This document shows, one piece after another, positions 1 through 12,898 of a stretch of 64,000 nucleotides of DNA; the stretch's first letter is position 1, and every line of letters starts with the position of its first letter. The position numbers were made by a program, and so were the translations under genes. The notes beneath the pieces are model-generated. The model saw only the letters and a list, made by a program, of their open reading frames with translations, did no database searches and was not told the DNA's origin. Origin of the DNA: the human T2T-CHM13v2.0 reference genome, Homo sapiens. The stretch is taken from the NCBI RefSeq assembly GCF_009914755.1, contig NC_060937.1, one strand, 5' to 3'.

Positions 1-894
1 CTGGCCTCCCAGTTTCAATCCCTTGAAGCAGTGCCCAAGACCCTCAGTCAAGGAACTATCTTTGGATTGTCTAGAGGTTATTCCTGTATTTTAGGCACTG
101 AAAAGGAATGGAAAAAGTGTGGAAATCACTTTAAGATTAGTGAGTATTAGTAGAGAAGCAGATGAGATCTCTACTAGATGGCGGTTTTTCCTTTGGAAAA
201 GGGTACACACATCGCCTTCTGCTTGGAAAGATAAACCAGCATCAAATTCGTCTTGTCAGGCAAGATGTGTTCCATTAGTAAGACTGATTCCGTTGTACAC
301 TAAATTGCAAAAGAAATAATTTAATTCCTGCTCCCTGTCTTAGATCCTTTCTCTAATGCTAAGAGGACAGTGAGATGCCCTGTTTGCCTTTAGGCCGTGG
401 AATGGTTTGGGTTAAGCAAGGCAGTTTTGGATCATTTCACTTTTGCATTTTACCTAGAATTGGAATGTTGCTCTTAATTATCTGACACAAGAAGCTGTTG
501 ATCATTTCTATCTTGCAGGAGTCAGTGGAATTTAAGTTTACTTAAAGAACTTGAAACATTGATTCTGGTTCTCCTCATGTAATGATTGAACAATTAACGA
601 ATTCCTGGTTAAGTTCCTGTATTTTTCTGTTTTATGTAGGACTAATATTTTCATTGAGTACATGAAAATGAATTTGATGCTAGTAGATATGTGGACATGT
701 AATCAATTTAAGTATTTTAAACTAATACTTGATTATCCTTTATGAAGAAATACTAATCATTAGCTACTTTTAAGCAGTTTAAACATTTACTAAATTTCTA
801 GTACTATCTTTTGAAAATCTTAAGTGCCATTTGATTGACTTGGTGGGGCTCACATTTCTCTGTGGAGTGGTCACATTGGTGAGAGAAACTCTAC

Positions 895-1130
895 CTCATG
901 GTTAAGGACCCGGGGCTGAGTTCACTACGTGTGTTTGTATCCTGGCTGTACCATTTACAAACTTTGGGCCGTGGGCAAGTTAACTCACCTCTGGTGTCTC
1001 AAATTCCTTATATACTCACTGGGGAAATACAGTACCACTGTACGAGGTATTGTGAGTACTCAATGGAACAATATATGCAGAGCATTTAGAACAATGCGTT
1101 GCTTATGGCAAACACATAATAGCTGTTAGC
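895..1130 (+). mobile_element. MIR SINE
   Basis: Diverged MIR core (gggcaagttaactcacctctggtgtctcaaattcctta...ggtattgtgag...atatatgcagagcatttagaaca). Confidence 0.7.
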
Positions 1131-2492
1131 GTTTCTTGTGGTGGATGGTTGCTCTTATTATGAAACCAAAAGAAAGTAGATATGACTATGGGAATTAGAA
1201 TACACACTTAAAAATAAAACAACCTTGGCATTGGTATCTATCACCAGGGTCTTGAATACCCTGTCCTAGTAATAAAAATGCTGTACGCTTATATTTAGCT
1301 TGAGGCAACGTTACCCTGTTTGAATGAACAGTGCTTTGCTTCAGCCTCTTCTGATCACCCCCTCTTCCTTATTTAATCCCAAGGATGGGAATTTTCCTCA
1401 GCTTCTCATTATTATGTTCTTCATGGCAGTCAAATTGGAGGCAAGCTATTGAAGACACAAATCCCAAGCTAATCTGTTTCCAAAAGGTATGGACTTAAAA
1501 ATAGTCTGCATTTGTGTTGGGTAATTTTGTTGTACTTTGTTATTAAGAGAAGATGATGTTAATACCAGATGAGTAATAAAAAATCAATTAAAATCCTTTA
1601 GGGAAATTAAAGCGCTGACAAATTCATAATAGCTTTTCTGGTTGTTAAATGAGGTTGACATGGATTAACAATTGGTGGTGGACAGAAATTTGCTGAATTT
1701 ACTGAAGTATATACCCATTAAAATGACAGCTGTGTCTAAGAGCCTGCACCAGGGCATTTAGTTCCAGGACCTGAGTGTGAAGGAGAGAGCTAATCAAATA
1801 AGACAACTTGTACTTAATTTTAATTAAGTAAATTCCCCGTCACGTTTTAATCACATAAACTCAGTCATGGGTACTGCAGGAGAAAGAGGCCAGCCATTTT
1901 ATTGTCTAACTCTGATTTCTTTTTCAAACTTATTTATTAAAAATAAACGTACAGGCTTAATTTTGGTAGTTGATTGTGCATTCTGATTTCATCTCTTTAT
2001 TGAGAGTAGTTTATCAATCATCTTTTCATTATTAGAAAATTTTCCCATAAATCCCCACAAATCATTTTTATAAAAATGTATTTAAAATTATATAATACAA
2101 TTTGCTATGTAGTATGTAATTTCATGCAAGGGACTTGTGTCAGTGAAGTTGTTTAGTTGCTGAAATAATAATAGTTAAAAAATAATGAATTTTGAAGACC
2201 ATTAAAGCCTTTTTATTTTGATGTGTGTTTGTTCTTGGATTTTTTGGCCAATGTGGGCATAAATGGGACTCTAATATTTGTTAGTTTGTTAGATTCTTGC
2301 TTCCCTGGGGAGTCAGGTGCAGAAAGGTAGCACAGCATCAAGATTTTGTTACACTTGTGGGATATAACCAGGTGCTATAGCATTTATAGTAATCAGATTT
2401 TCTTCTACTTAAACGTACAGTGTGTATAGCCTAAAATTATTTTTTTGGTTGATGTAAATAGAAACATAATTTATGAATTTTGCAGCAGCCTA

Positions 2493-2866
<374 letters not shown>

Positions 2867-2989
2867 TGAATTACAAACAAAATGCCTGCTTTTAAGTTCT
2901 CTACAATGGAAGAGATAGACAGCCAAGCAATAATCCTAGAAAATCAGTTCTAAGTAGAGATAAAATTATTTCAATTGATGTTATACACA

Positions 2990-4764
2990 GAAATTTACAG
3001 ATTCAATGAAATCCCTATCAAAATACCAGTGACATTCTTCACAGAAATAGAAAATACAGTTAAAAATTTATATGTAACCACAAAAGACTCTCAATAGCCA
3101 AAGCAATCCTGAGCAAAAAGAAAAAGCCGGATGCATCACATTACCTGACTGGAAAATATACTACAAAGCTACAGTAACCAAATCAGCATGGTACTGGCAT
3201 AAAAACAGACACATAGACCAATGGAACAGATAGAGAACCCAGAAATAAAATCACACCTTTACAGCCAACTCGTTTTTGACAAAGGTGCCAAGAACACACA
3301 ATAGGGAAATAAATGGTGCTGGGAAAACTAGATATCCATACGCAGAAGAATGAATCTAGGATTCCTATTTCTCACCATATGCAAAAATCAAATAAAAATG
3401 GAATAAAGACTTAAATCTAAGACCTGAAAGCATGAAACTACTAGATGAAAATGTTGCATAAATATAGCAGGACATTGACATGGGTAAAAAAAAAATTTTG
3501 TGTAAGACATCAAAAGCAGAGATAACCAAGGCAAAAACAGACAAACGGGATTACAGCAAGCCAAAAAGCTACTGCATAGCAAGGGAAACAAGCAACATAG
3601 TGAATACATAACCCCCAGAATGGGAGAAAATATTTGCAAATTACCCACTTGACAAGGGATTAATAACCAGAATATATAAGGAACTCAGACAACTTAATAG
3701 CAAAAAACAAAATCCAATTAAAAACTGGGCAAAAAATCTAAATAGACATTTCTCAAAAGAAGACATACAAATGGCCAGCAGATATATGAAAAAATGCTCA
3801 ACATTACTAATCATCTGAGAAATGCAAATCGAAACCCCAATGAGGTATCTCACTTCAGTTAAAATGGCTTTTATGTAAAAGAAAAATAATGCTGCGGAGA
3901 ATGGGGAACCCTTATATGCCATTGGTGGGAATGTAAGTACGGCTACTATGGAAAACAGTGTGGCAGTTCTTCAAAAAACTAAAAATAGAACTAACATATG
4001 ATCCAGCAATTCCACTCCTGGGTATATATCCAAAACAAAGGAAATCAGTATATCGAAGAGATATTTGCATTCCCATGTTTACGGCAGCATTATTCACAAA
4101 AACCAAAGTATGGAATCAACCTAAGTGCCTACTAATGGATGAATGGATAAAGAAAATGTGATATATATGTATATCACCTGGAGCCCCACAGATATGTGTG
4201 CGTATGTGTGTGTGTGTCTGAAACACACGTGTACACATGCACACATACATATATACACACAATGGAATATTATTGAGTTACAGAAACAAATCCTGTTATT
4301 TGTAGCAACATGGTTGGAACTGGAGGTCATTCTGCTAAGTGAAATAAGCCAAGCACAGAAAGGCGAATATCACATGTTCTCCCTCATACGTCAAAACCAA
4401 AAATGTGGATCTCATGAAGGTAAATAGTAGATTGGTGGTTAACAGGAGCTGAGAAGGGGTGGGGGAAGGGTGGGTTGAAGGAGAGGTTCATTAATAGGTA
4501 GAAATGTACAGTTAGCTCAAAGAAATAAGAGCTAGTGTTTGATAGGCCAGTAGGGTGACTATAGTTTATTATAATCTATTGTACATTTCAGGATAGCTAG
4601 AAGAGAATAATTTGAATGTTTCCAGCATAAATAAAAGACAAGTATTTAAGGTGGTAGAGATCCCAATGACACTGATTTGATCTTTACAAATTATAAGTAT
4701 TACATTATCACATGTACCCTGAAAATATGTACATCTATTATGTATCAATAAAAAACATAAAAAT
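2990..4764 (+). mobile_element. L1MA-type LINE-1, 3' ORF2 plus 3'UTR, decayed
   Basis: ORF2 C-terminal remnants ([18 protein letters not shown] in ORF 3958-4161); L1MA-type 3'UTR ending tgtatcaataaaaa. Confidence 0.9.
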
Positions 4765-4999
4765 ATTTCACTTGAAAAATCTGAGAAGGCCTGAAACTTG
4801 ATATTTGAGCTTGGCCTGAAATATGAAATTTGATGGGTAGGAAGTGGCTGGAACCATGACTTCAAGCAGAGAGCCAGCTTGAGCACCGCTATGAAGGGGA
4901 GAGTCCACACTGCATTCAGGGAATGACTGGAGACCTTTGGCAAAATCCAGGGTGAATGAGGGAGGACTTTATTTAGTAGGGAATGAGTCCGGAAACCTA

Positions 5000-5345
5000 G
5001 GTTTATTTACCCAACAGCAAACACTTCTTAGCACCTGCTAAGTGTCAGGTGTGTGCTGCCTGCTTGGTCTACCTTGGTGGTCCTGGCAGTCACAGCCCCT
5101 GCTCTCAGCAAGAGCTGAGTGTCTGGAGGGGACCCCACTGTGTAGTATATGATCATTTTTGAGGATGAGAGTTACACAGTCTGGCAAGTGTTTTAAGAAG
5201 AAAACTCTGGTGACCTGTGGAGGGGAGGGTTGGATAGAGGAGGTGGGGCTGAGGCTGCAAGGAGGGAAAGGGAGGCCTGAGGACATGGAGATGTGCAGGT
5301 GAGGAGGAGAGGGCAGAATCCCAGATGGCACTGGGATTTATTTCC
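5000..5345 (-). mobile_element. L2 fragments
   Basis: L2 3' end-like sequence (caacagcaaacacttcttagcacctgctaagtgtcagg) followed by purine-rich L2-like sequence. Confidence 0.5.
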
Positions 5346-6591
5346 AAAGGTCTGGCTCAGTCATGAGACATCTCTTTTTTATGTGATAACTTTTTCAAGA
5401 AAAAAATGTAGGCCACAGTCTTTCATTTTCCCTTCTTCAGAATTATTCTTTAGCCTCACATAGTAAAATTAGGTATGCTCATAATCAAAATTATCTTTTA
5501 AATAGAAGATTCTCTATCAGAAAAATGATGTTATGTTTTCGCCACTAAAATGTGATTGTTCAGGCATAATTGGTCATCGGCAGCCTCGAGGCAGCTCTCC
5601 TACCATTTTTTCCAAAGGTAAACTGAGCACCTTCCCCAGAAGCTGCATGGTGGGACTGCCCGGGTGCTTATCTCTGGGTCGGCTTGTGTGTGGTGGGGTG
5701 GAACCCTGCCTGTCTTCCTCTGTTCCATTGGGCTGGGAATGGGAGCCAGGCATTGGTCCTCCATAGCACTTCTGTTTCCTTACTGGGTAGATTTAAATGT
5801 GTGGGTCCCTCTCTTTTGGTGTGAATAGAAGGTAGAGGAAAAGTGTGTAGAACTCAGTGCATAGGGCAGTGGTTAGCATTTCAACAAGAACATCTCACAT
5901 ATCTAAGATTTGTTTAGCTCTTCAGGCACTGATAGGAGGTTTTAATAAGATCAATGATTTTTAGTTTAATTGGGTACTTTCCTTGTTCCCCTGGTAGAAT
6001 CCCACCTGGAAAATCTACTATAGCAGAGTAGAATTTGGAACATTTTTTCTTGGTCTGATACACTTAATGGTGGTTAGTGTTAGTCCCCAGCACACCAGAG
6101 GGAGGACATTCCTATTAGTAACCCTAGAGCTGTTACGTATAGGATTTGTGGGGTATTGGGATGGGTTGAAAAAAGTACAGGTAATTGCAATAACTCCTAC
6201 TAGTGGAGTTGAGAATAATTGGCCTTTTATAGCTGTTTGTTTTAGAAGAATTAGAATAGTGGAGTGGGCAGACCTGGAGTCAGGTGGACCTGGGTCATGG
6301 TTTTAACTAACCATTCCATGACTTTGGACAGGTTCCTTGTTACAGATTGAATCATTGAGCCTAGTTTTTCACCCTCTGTTATGGAATTCTGTTCCCTGGC
6401 CCTGGCCTCACGCTCATTGGAGCACACTTCCTTGACTTTGGGCATGGCCCCGTGACTTGCTTTGGCTGATGTCTGTATCCTCGGGTTCTGCATCCGTGGA
6501 TTCAATCAACCACCAATTGAAAATATTTTTGGGAAAAAATAAAAAATAGCAATACAATGATAAAAATAATACAAATAAAACAAAATACAGA

Positions 6592-6944
6592 TGATATGGT
6601 TAGGCTTTGTGTCTCCACCCAAATCTCAACTTCCCCAGGTGTTGAGGGAGGAACCTGGTGGGAGGTGATTGGATCATGGGGGCAGTTTCCCCCATGTTGT
6701 TCTTGTGTGAGTGAGTATTCACAAGATATGATGTTTTTATAAATGTTTGGCAAGTTGTTCCTTTGCTTGCTCTCTCTCTCACCTGCCACCCTGTAAGATG
6801 TGCCTGCTTCCCCTTCCACCATGATTGTAAGTGTCCTGAGGCCTCTCTAGCTGTGTGGAACTGTGAGTCAATTAAACCTCTTTTCATTATAAATTCCTCG
6901 GTCTCCAGAAGTTCTTCCTAGCAGTGTGAAAATGGACTAATACA
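6592..6944 (+). mobile_element. THE1 (THE1C/D-like) MaLR solo LTR
   Basis: tgatatggttaggctttgtgtc...ctgtgagtcaattaaacctctt...aatggactaataca with TG...CA termini. Confidence 0.92.
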
Positions 6945-6977
6945 GCATAATAATGACTGTTTATATTGTATTAGGTA

Positions 6978-7222
6978 TTTTTTTATTATACTTTAAGTTT
7001 TAGGGTACATGTGCACAACGTGCAGGTTTGTTACATATGTATACATGTGCCATGTTGGTGTGCTGCACCCATTAACTGGTCATTTAGCATTAGGTATATC
7101 TCCTAATGCTATCCCTCCCCGCCTCCCCACCCCACAACAGTCCCCGTTGTGTGATGTTCCCCTTCCTGTGTCCATGTGTTCTCATTGTTCAATTCCCACC
7201 TATGAGTGAGAACATGCGGTGT
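6978..7222 (-). mobile_element. L1PA (L1PA3/4-like) 3' end, 5'-truncated
   Basis: ttttattatactttaagttttagggtacatgtgcacaacgtgcagg...gagtgagaacatgcggtgt; TSD tgtattaggtatt at 6967-6979 and 7603-7615. Confidence 0.95.
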
Positions 7223-7322
7223 CAACCTACACACATCTTCCCATATATTTTAAATCATCCCTGCATTACTTATAATACCTAATGTATTATAAGTACTGCA
7301 GGTCACCTCTGTGGTGAATATG

Positions 7323-7600
7323 CATACATTTCCATTTCATTAGTTCAAATTGACTAACAGCCATCTAAGCATGAAGTCAAGGAATCATAAGTCATTTTCC
7401 AACAGAGAATCCCATATAAGCTGCAGCTCACTGACCAATGGCTATTCTCATCTAGGAAATGGTCTCCCTTGAGAGGCAGCACAGAGAGTGGAAATAGTAA
7501 GGTCTTTGGAACGGACAATTGTGTGACCTTAGTTAAATACCTTATGACCCTGAGCGTTTGTTTCCTTGTTTGCTGAATGGTGGGAAATAAGGTTCATCTT
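7323..7600 (-). repeat. 278-bp inverted duplicate of 8997-9274
   Basis: Base-by-base manual comparison gives 4 mismatches in 278 bp and no indels. Confidence 0.97.
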
Positions 7601-8380
7601 AATGTATTAGGTATTGTAAGTAATGCAGGGATAATTTGAAATATGTGGGAGGATGTGTGTAGGTTACATGCAAATACTACACCATTTCATGTCAGAGACT
7701 TGAGCATCTGTAGATTTTGGTATCTGTGGGGGTCCTGGAACCAATACCCCACGGTACTGAGAGACAACTATATTAGCAAATGTGATGTAAGAGGAGGCTT
7801 GATTCTACTTGTGTGCCTGGGCTTGTGCTCAGGTGATTCAGGCTCAATAAAAATGTGCCCTGGAGTTACTGTCCCTTTATCCAGGGCTCCACGGGGTGAG
7901 AAACGGGACAGACCTGAACCCACCTCAACCTGGAGCCCTGCAGGTGAGTGCAGCCTGGACCAGCTGAGCTTCAACCCATGTGCAGACTCATATGTGAGAA
8001 AAATAAATGTAGTTATAAGCCACTGAGATTTTGCATTTGTTATGTAGCATTGTGGTAATAGAGAACTAACACTGTGCTTGTCTTCCCTTCTGTAAAACAG
8101 GAATCTGATCTTCCCACAGGGGGTTCTGTTCTAAGGCTTAAAATAAAATAATCCTGTTAGTGCAGTGCTTGACTCTTAGAAGATGATATGATATAAATAA
8201 ATTGCAGCTATTTTAAATAATGAAAATATGGGATATACATCCAAAATAAAGGGCATAGTTTCTGCACAGAAGGGAATTAGCCAAATAAAGAGGAAAAAAG
8301 GTAAGGTTCTCACATTGTGTTGTGTGTCTCCTGGAAATTTGTTATTGTTCTGAGTGCTTTCTGTTTACTCATTCAATGTA

Positions 8381-8410
8381 TATATTAGTGTAGGTTCTCT
8401 GGAGAATCAG

Positions 8411-8454
<44 letters not shown>

Positions 8455-8866
8455 TTGATTGATCTGTTAACTTATCTATTTATCAGCATTGGCCCACATG
8501 ATTGTGAGGGCTGGCAAGTCTGAGATTTGTAGGGCAGGCTGGCAGGCTTAGAAACTCAGGTAGAGTGGATGTTGTAATCTTCAGTCTACAGTCTGCAGGC
8601 CAGGAAGGCTGGAAACTCAGGCAGGGTTTCTCTGTTGCAGTATTGAGGCAGAATCCCTTCCAGATTGGGAAACTTCAGTCTTTGCTCTTGAGGCCTTCCA
8701 CTGATCGGATAAGGCCAACCCACATTATGAAAGGGTCATTAGCTTTACTTGAAGTCAATTGATCATATGTGTTAATCCCATTAAAACAATACCTTCACAG
8801 CAACATCTTGACTGGTGTTTGGGCGCTATAACCTAATCAAGTTGACACTTAAAATTAACCATCACA
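8381..8866 (-). mobile_element. MLT2 (ERVL) solo LTR
   Basis: Ends aagttgacacttaaaattaaccatcaca; internal gctggcaagtctgagatttgtagggcaggctggcagg. Confidence 0.9.
8413..8452. repeat. (CA)20 microsatellite
   Basis: Perfect dinucleotide run inside MLT2. Confidence 0.98.
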
Positions 8867-8971
8867 ACATATATTAATGGGGTTGCCTGCTCTATGATTG
8901 GGCGGGCCCACAGTGATGACATGATATAGACTTTGCCCTTGTGGGGCTTAGCGTCCAGTGACTGTTGTTTT

Positions 8972-9126
8972 GTTTTATCCTTACAGAAGCCCTGTAAAGA
9001 TGAACCTTATTTCCCACCATTCAGCAAACAAGGAAACAAATGCTCAGGGTCATAAGGTATTTAACTAAGGTCACACAATTGTCCGTTCCAGAGACCTTAC
9101 TATTTCCACTCTCTGTGCTGCCTCTC
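8972..9126 (-). mobile_element. MIR
   Basis: aaggaaacaaatgctcagggtcataaggtatttaactaaggtcacaca...ctgtgctgcctctc. Confidence 0.65.
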
Positions 9127-9737
9127 AAGGGAGACCATTTCCTAGATGAGAATAGCCATTGGTCAATGAGCTGCAGCTTATATGGGATTCTCTGTTGGAA
9201 AATGACTTATGATTCCTTGACTTCATGCTTAGATGGCTGTTAGTCAATTTGAACTAATGAAATGGGAATGTATGGATATAAATTTTAATTGCAACAAATT
9301 CTGAAGGACTTTATATGTGCACATTTTATATTATCAGATTACACTTCCCAGGAGTGGAGTTAACAGAATTAGTTCTCACTCTCCTACCAACTACCACAAT
9401 TAAGTGAAGGCTCTTGCCAGAAAATAAAGTAAATCTATTGTACATGCTTGTAAACAATAGACAAATTGCGTAGTGTAACACAAAAGTCAGCCTAATGTTT
9501 GTACATGGTGGAGATATTGATTAGTTAAAGTTTATTTCATGTATCCCTACTATTGCATTGGGTTTTCATATGTTTCCTTCTTCTTCTTGTGTGTTTGTTA
9601 TTCTTATGTCTGGTTCCAGTTAATACTTCTAGAGAAAAGTTCACTTTTCTAGATTCACTCACTGTTACATAAATAAGTGTATAAGGGCTTAGGTACTGTT
9701 TACTAAAGGCCATCTCTGTGGTGAATATGCTGTGTGA

Positions 9738-10760
<1,023 letters not shown>

Positions 10761-11047
10761 TTCTCCTTTGGTTTTGAAATATTGCAGACAAGTCCTCTGG
10801 AACACATTTATAGTTCCATTATACACATATGTATAAGTGACTGTACTGACAGCAATAATGATTACATGCTGTCCTCTCGTGGTTACTTTCTGGGATTATA
10901 TGCTGCTCCTGGCAAGCCCCATCCTTGAGTCTCCATGGATTATTGTCTGATGAGCCTGGTCTTAGGGCACTACCCAGAAGGAAAGCAAATGCAATTATAA
11001 ACATTTTAACTCAGCCTCAGGGTGCAAACATTCCAAAGACCAGGCTC

Positions 11048-11335
11048 ATTTTTTTTTTTAAGAGACAGAGTCTGTCTGGGTTGCCCGAGTGCAGTGGTGT
11101 GATCATAACTCACTGCGGCCTGGACCTCCTGGGCTCATGATCCTCTTACCTCAACCTCCTGAGTAGCTGGGACCACAGGCTTGTAGCACCATATCTGGCT
11201 AATTTTTAAACTTTTTGTAGAGATGGGATCTCGCTCTGTTGCCCAGACTGGTCTTGAACTCCTGGCCTTAAGTGATCCTTCCGTCTTGGCCTCTCAAAGT
11301 GCTGGGATTACAGGTGTGAGCCACCAGGCCTGGCC
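11048..11335 (-). mobile_element. AluJ
   Basis: Full dimer with J features; diverged TSD caggctcattttt / cagactcgttttt. Confidence 0.93.
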
Positions 11336-12392
11336 CAGACTCGTTTTTTGAGGCAAGATTTTGTATTAGGGAAATAAAGAGGTACTCTGAATTGAAATCA
11401 TGCCTCACCATGTTCTTTTACAGGCCCTGAGCAGGAGGGACTTCGTTAGTTGCCATGATGTTTGCATGATTATGTGATGTTAGCGGGAAAGCAGGTGTCA
11501 TGCCAGCATGCTGGTACCTTTGTCACCTCGAACTAGCACCCCCTACCCCTGCACCCTAAGCCTTTGAAAGTCAACTTGGTTTATAAGTTTTCTTCCTTTT
11601 ACAATTGTAATATGGATTTATTTTGACTGCATGTTTTACTTGGAGATAAAAATGCTTTATCTGACTTTAATCCTGACCTAGTTTTACAGGGCCTTCAATT
11701 GCTCCTTATCTCTAGGAGTCTCTAGGGGTGCCTGTGGCTCACAGCTAAGGCAGCGGTGGTGCTGGCCTCTTTGCTTTCCTGCGGTGCCTGTGCCTTTTGG
11801 TGAGCTCGTTGGATGGGACTGAGTGTCTGGTGTGGCTTGGGGGAAGAACATGGAGTGCCTTCCTCTGGAACCTGCAGCTACTCCTTCCTGGCTTCCCCTT
11901 CCACCTCAGTACGGAGAATCTGTCCTGTCTGGCAGCGTTGGAGGAGGGCGTGTGGGGTGTGACAAGTTAGCCTTTTTCTCATCAGGCATTTCCGGTGTCC
12001 CCTGAGGCTTTGAAACCCAAAAGCCAAGAATTGATTGGGTTGTCTTCTGCTTTCTTCTGAGATGTTGATCCTGAAGAGATGGTGCCGAATGCTCAGTTGC
12101 CTGAATGAAGACCTTGTGGTGGAGGAAAGTGTGCAGTGGGCAGGGGAAGCCTGTCTGTTAATATTCAAAATGGTGTGTGGCTTCTGCTACTTGGGAGTTC
12201 CGGTTTGTTCCTTTGTGCTGTAACAACATGATGTGACCTTCTGTATGGGATGTACTTTTTACTTCTTAAAGAGAACTGCTGGGGTTGTGGAGGAAATAGG
12301 GGCAGAATTTGATTTGAAGGATTATTAGGGGAGTCAGTTCTTGTGGCTATAGACTGAAATAACAGTGATGCTCAGAAGGAGGAGGGTGATTT

Positions 12393-12898
12393 TGAGAGGT
12401 GAAGCCAACTGGACTTCCTGGGTCGAGTGGGAACTTGGAGAACTTTTCTGTCTTACAAGAGAATTGTAAAATGCACCAATCAGCACTCTGTAGCTAGGAT
12501 TGTAAAATGCACCAATCAACACACTGTAGGTAGCTAGAGGTTTGTAAAATGCACCAATCAGCACTCTGTAAGATGGACCAGTAAGCACTCTGTAAAATGG
12601 ACCAACTAGCACACTGTAAAATGGACCAATCAGTGCTCTGTAAAATGGACCAATCAGCAGGACATGGGCAGGGGACAATTAAGGGAATAAAAGCTGGCCA
12701 CCCCAGCCATCAGCGGCAACCCGCTGAGGTCCCCTTCCACACTGTGGAAGCTTTGTTCTTTCGCTTTTCACAATAGATCTTGTGCTGCTCAATTTTTGGG
12801 TCCCTGCTCTCTTTAAGAGCTATAAGCGAAGGTCCCTGGCTTCATTCTTGAAGTCAGGGATACCAAGAACCCACTGGAAGGAACCAACTCTGGACACA
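12393..12898 (+). mobile_element. LTR12 (LTR12F-like) ERV9/ERV1 solo LTR
   Basis: tgagaggtgaagcc...tandem tgtaaaatg(c/g)accaatcagcactc units...gggaataaaagctggcc...ctggacaca; near-TSD attt/gttt. Confidence 0.93.
12465..12700 (+). promoter_or_regulatory. LTR12 U3 CCAAT-box array and AATAAA TATA-like element
   Basis: Five intact and two degenerate CCAAT units upstream of gggaataaaagc; LTR12 U3 regions are known NF-Y-bound promoters/enhancers. Confidence 0.6.

Larger units (their letters stand above)
6472..7772 (-). mobile_element. MER2-family (TcMar-Tigger) element, interrupted by THE1 and L1PA
   Basis: tctgtatcctcgggttctgcatccgtggattcaa at one end; ggtcctggaaccaataccccacggtactgagagacaacta at the other. 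Confidence 0.85.
6378..8071 (+). mobile_element. MLT1 (MLT1I-like) MaLR LTR split by MER2 (pieces ~6378-6471 and ~7773-8071)
   Basis: cttgactttgggcatggccccgtgacttgctttggc in the first piece; aataaatgtagttataagccactgagattttg...tgttatgtagca...aactaaca in the second. Confidence 0.7.
6250..8212 (+). mobile_element. MIR split by nested insertions (pieces ~6250-6377 and ~8072-8212)
   Basis: MIR 5' part (ctggagtcaggtggacctgggt) resumes after the nest (cttctgtaaaacagg...aaggcttaaaataaaataa). Confidence 0.6.

Noticed and set aside
3388-4427. ORFs resembling L1 ORF2 (also 20470-20814, 35685-36017, 58040-58222)
   Set aside because: Short frameshifted remnants of inactive LINE-1 copies.
4456-4474. G-quadruplex motif ggggtgggggaagggtggg
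   Set aside because: Ordinary G-rich tract of an L1 3'UTR.
12334-12678. Repetitive ORF and regularly spaced short repeats that resemble a CRISPR array
   Set aside because: These are the tandem CCAAT units of LTR12 U3; there are no unique spacers and the context is primate DNA.
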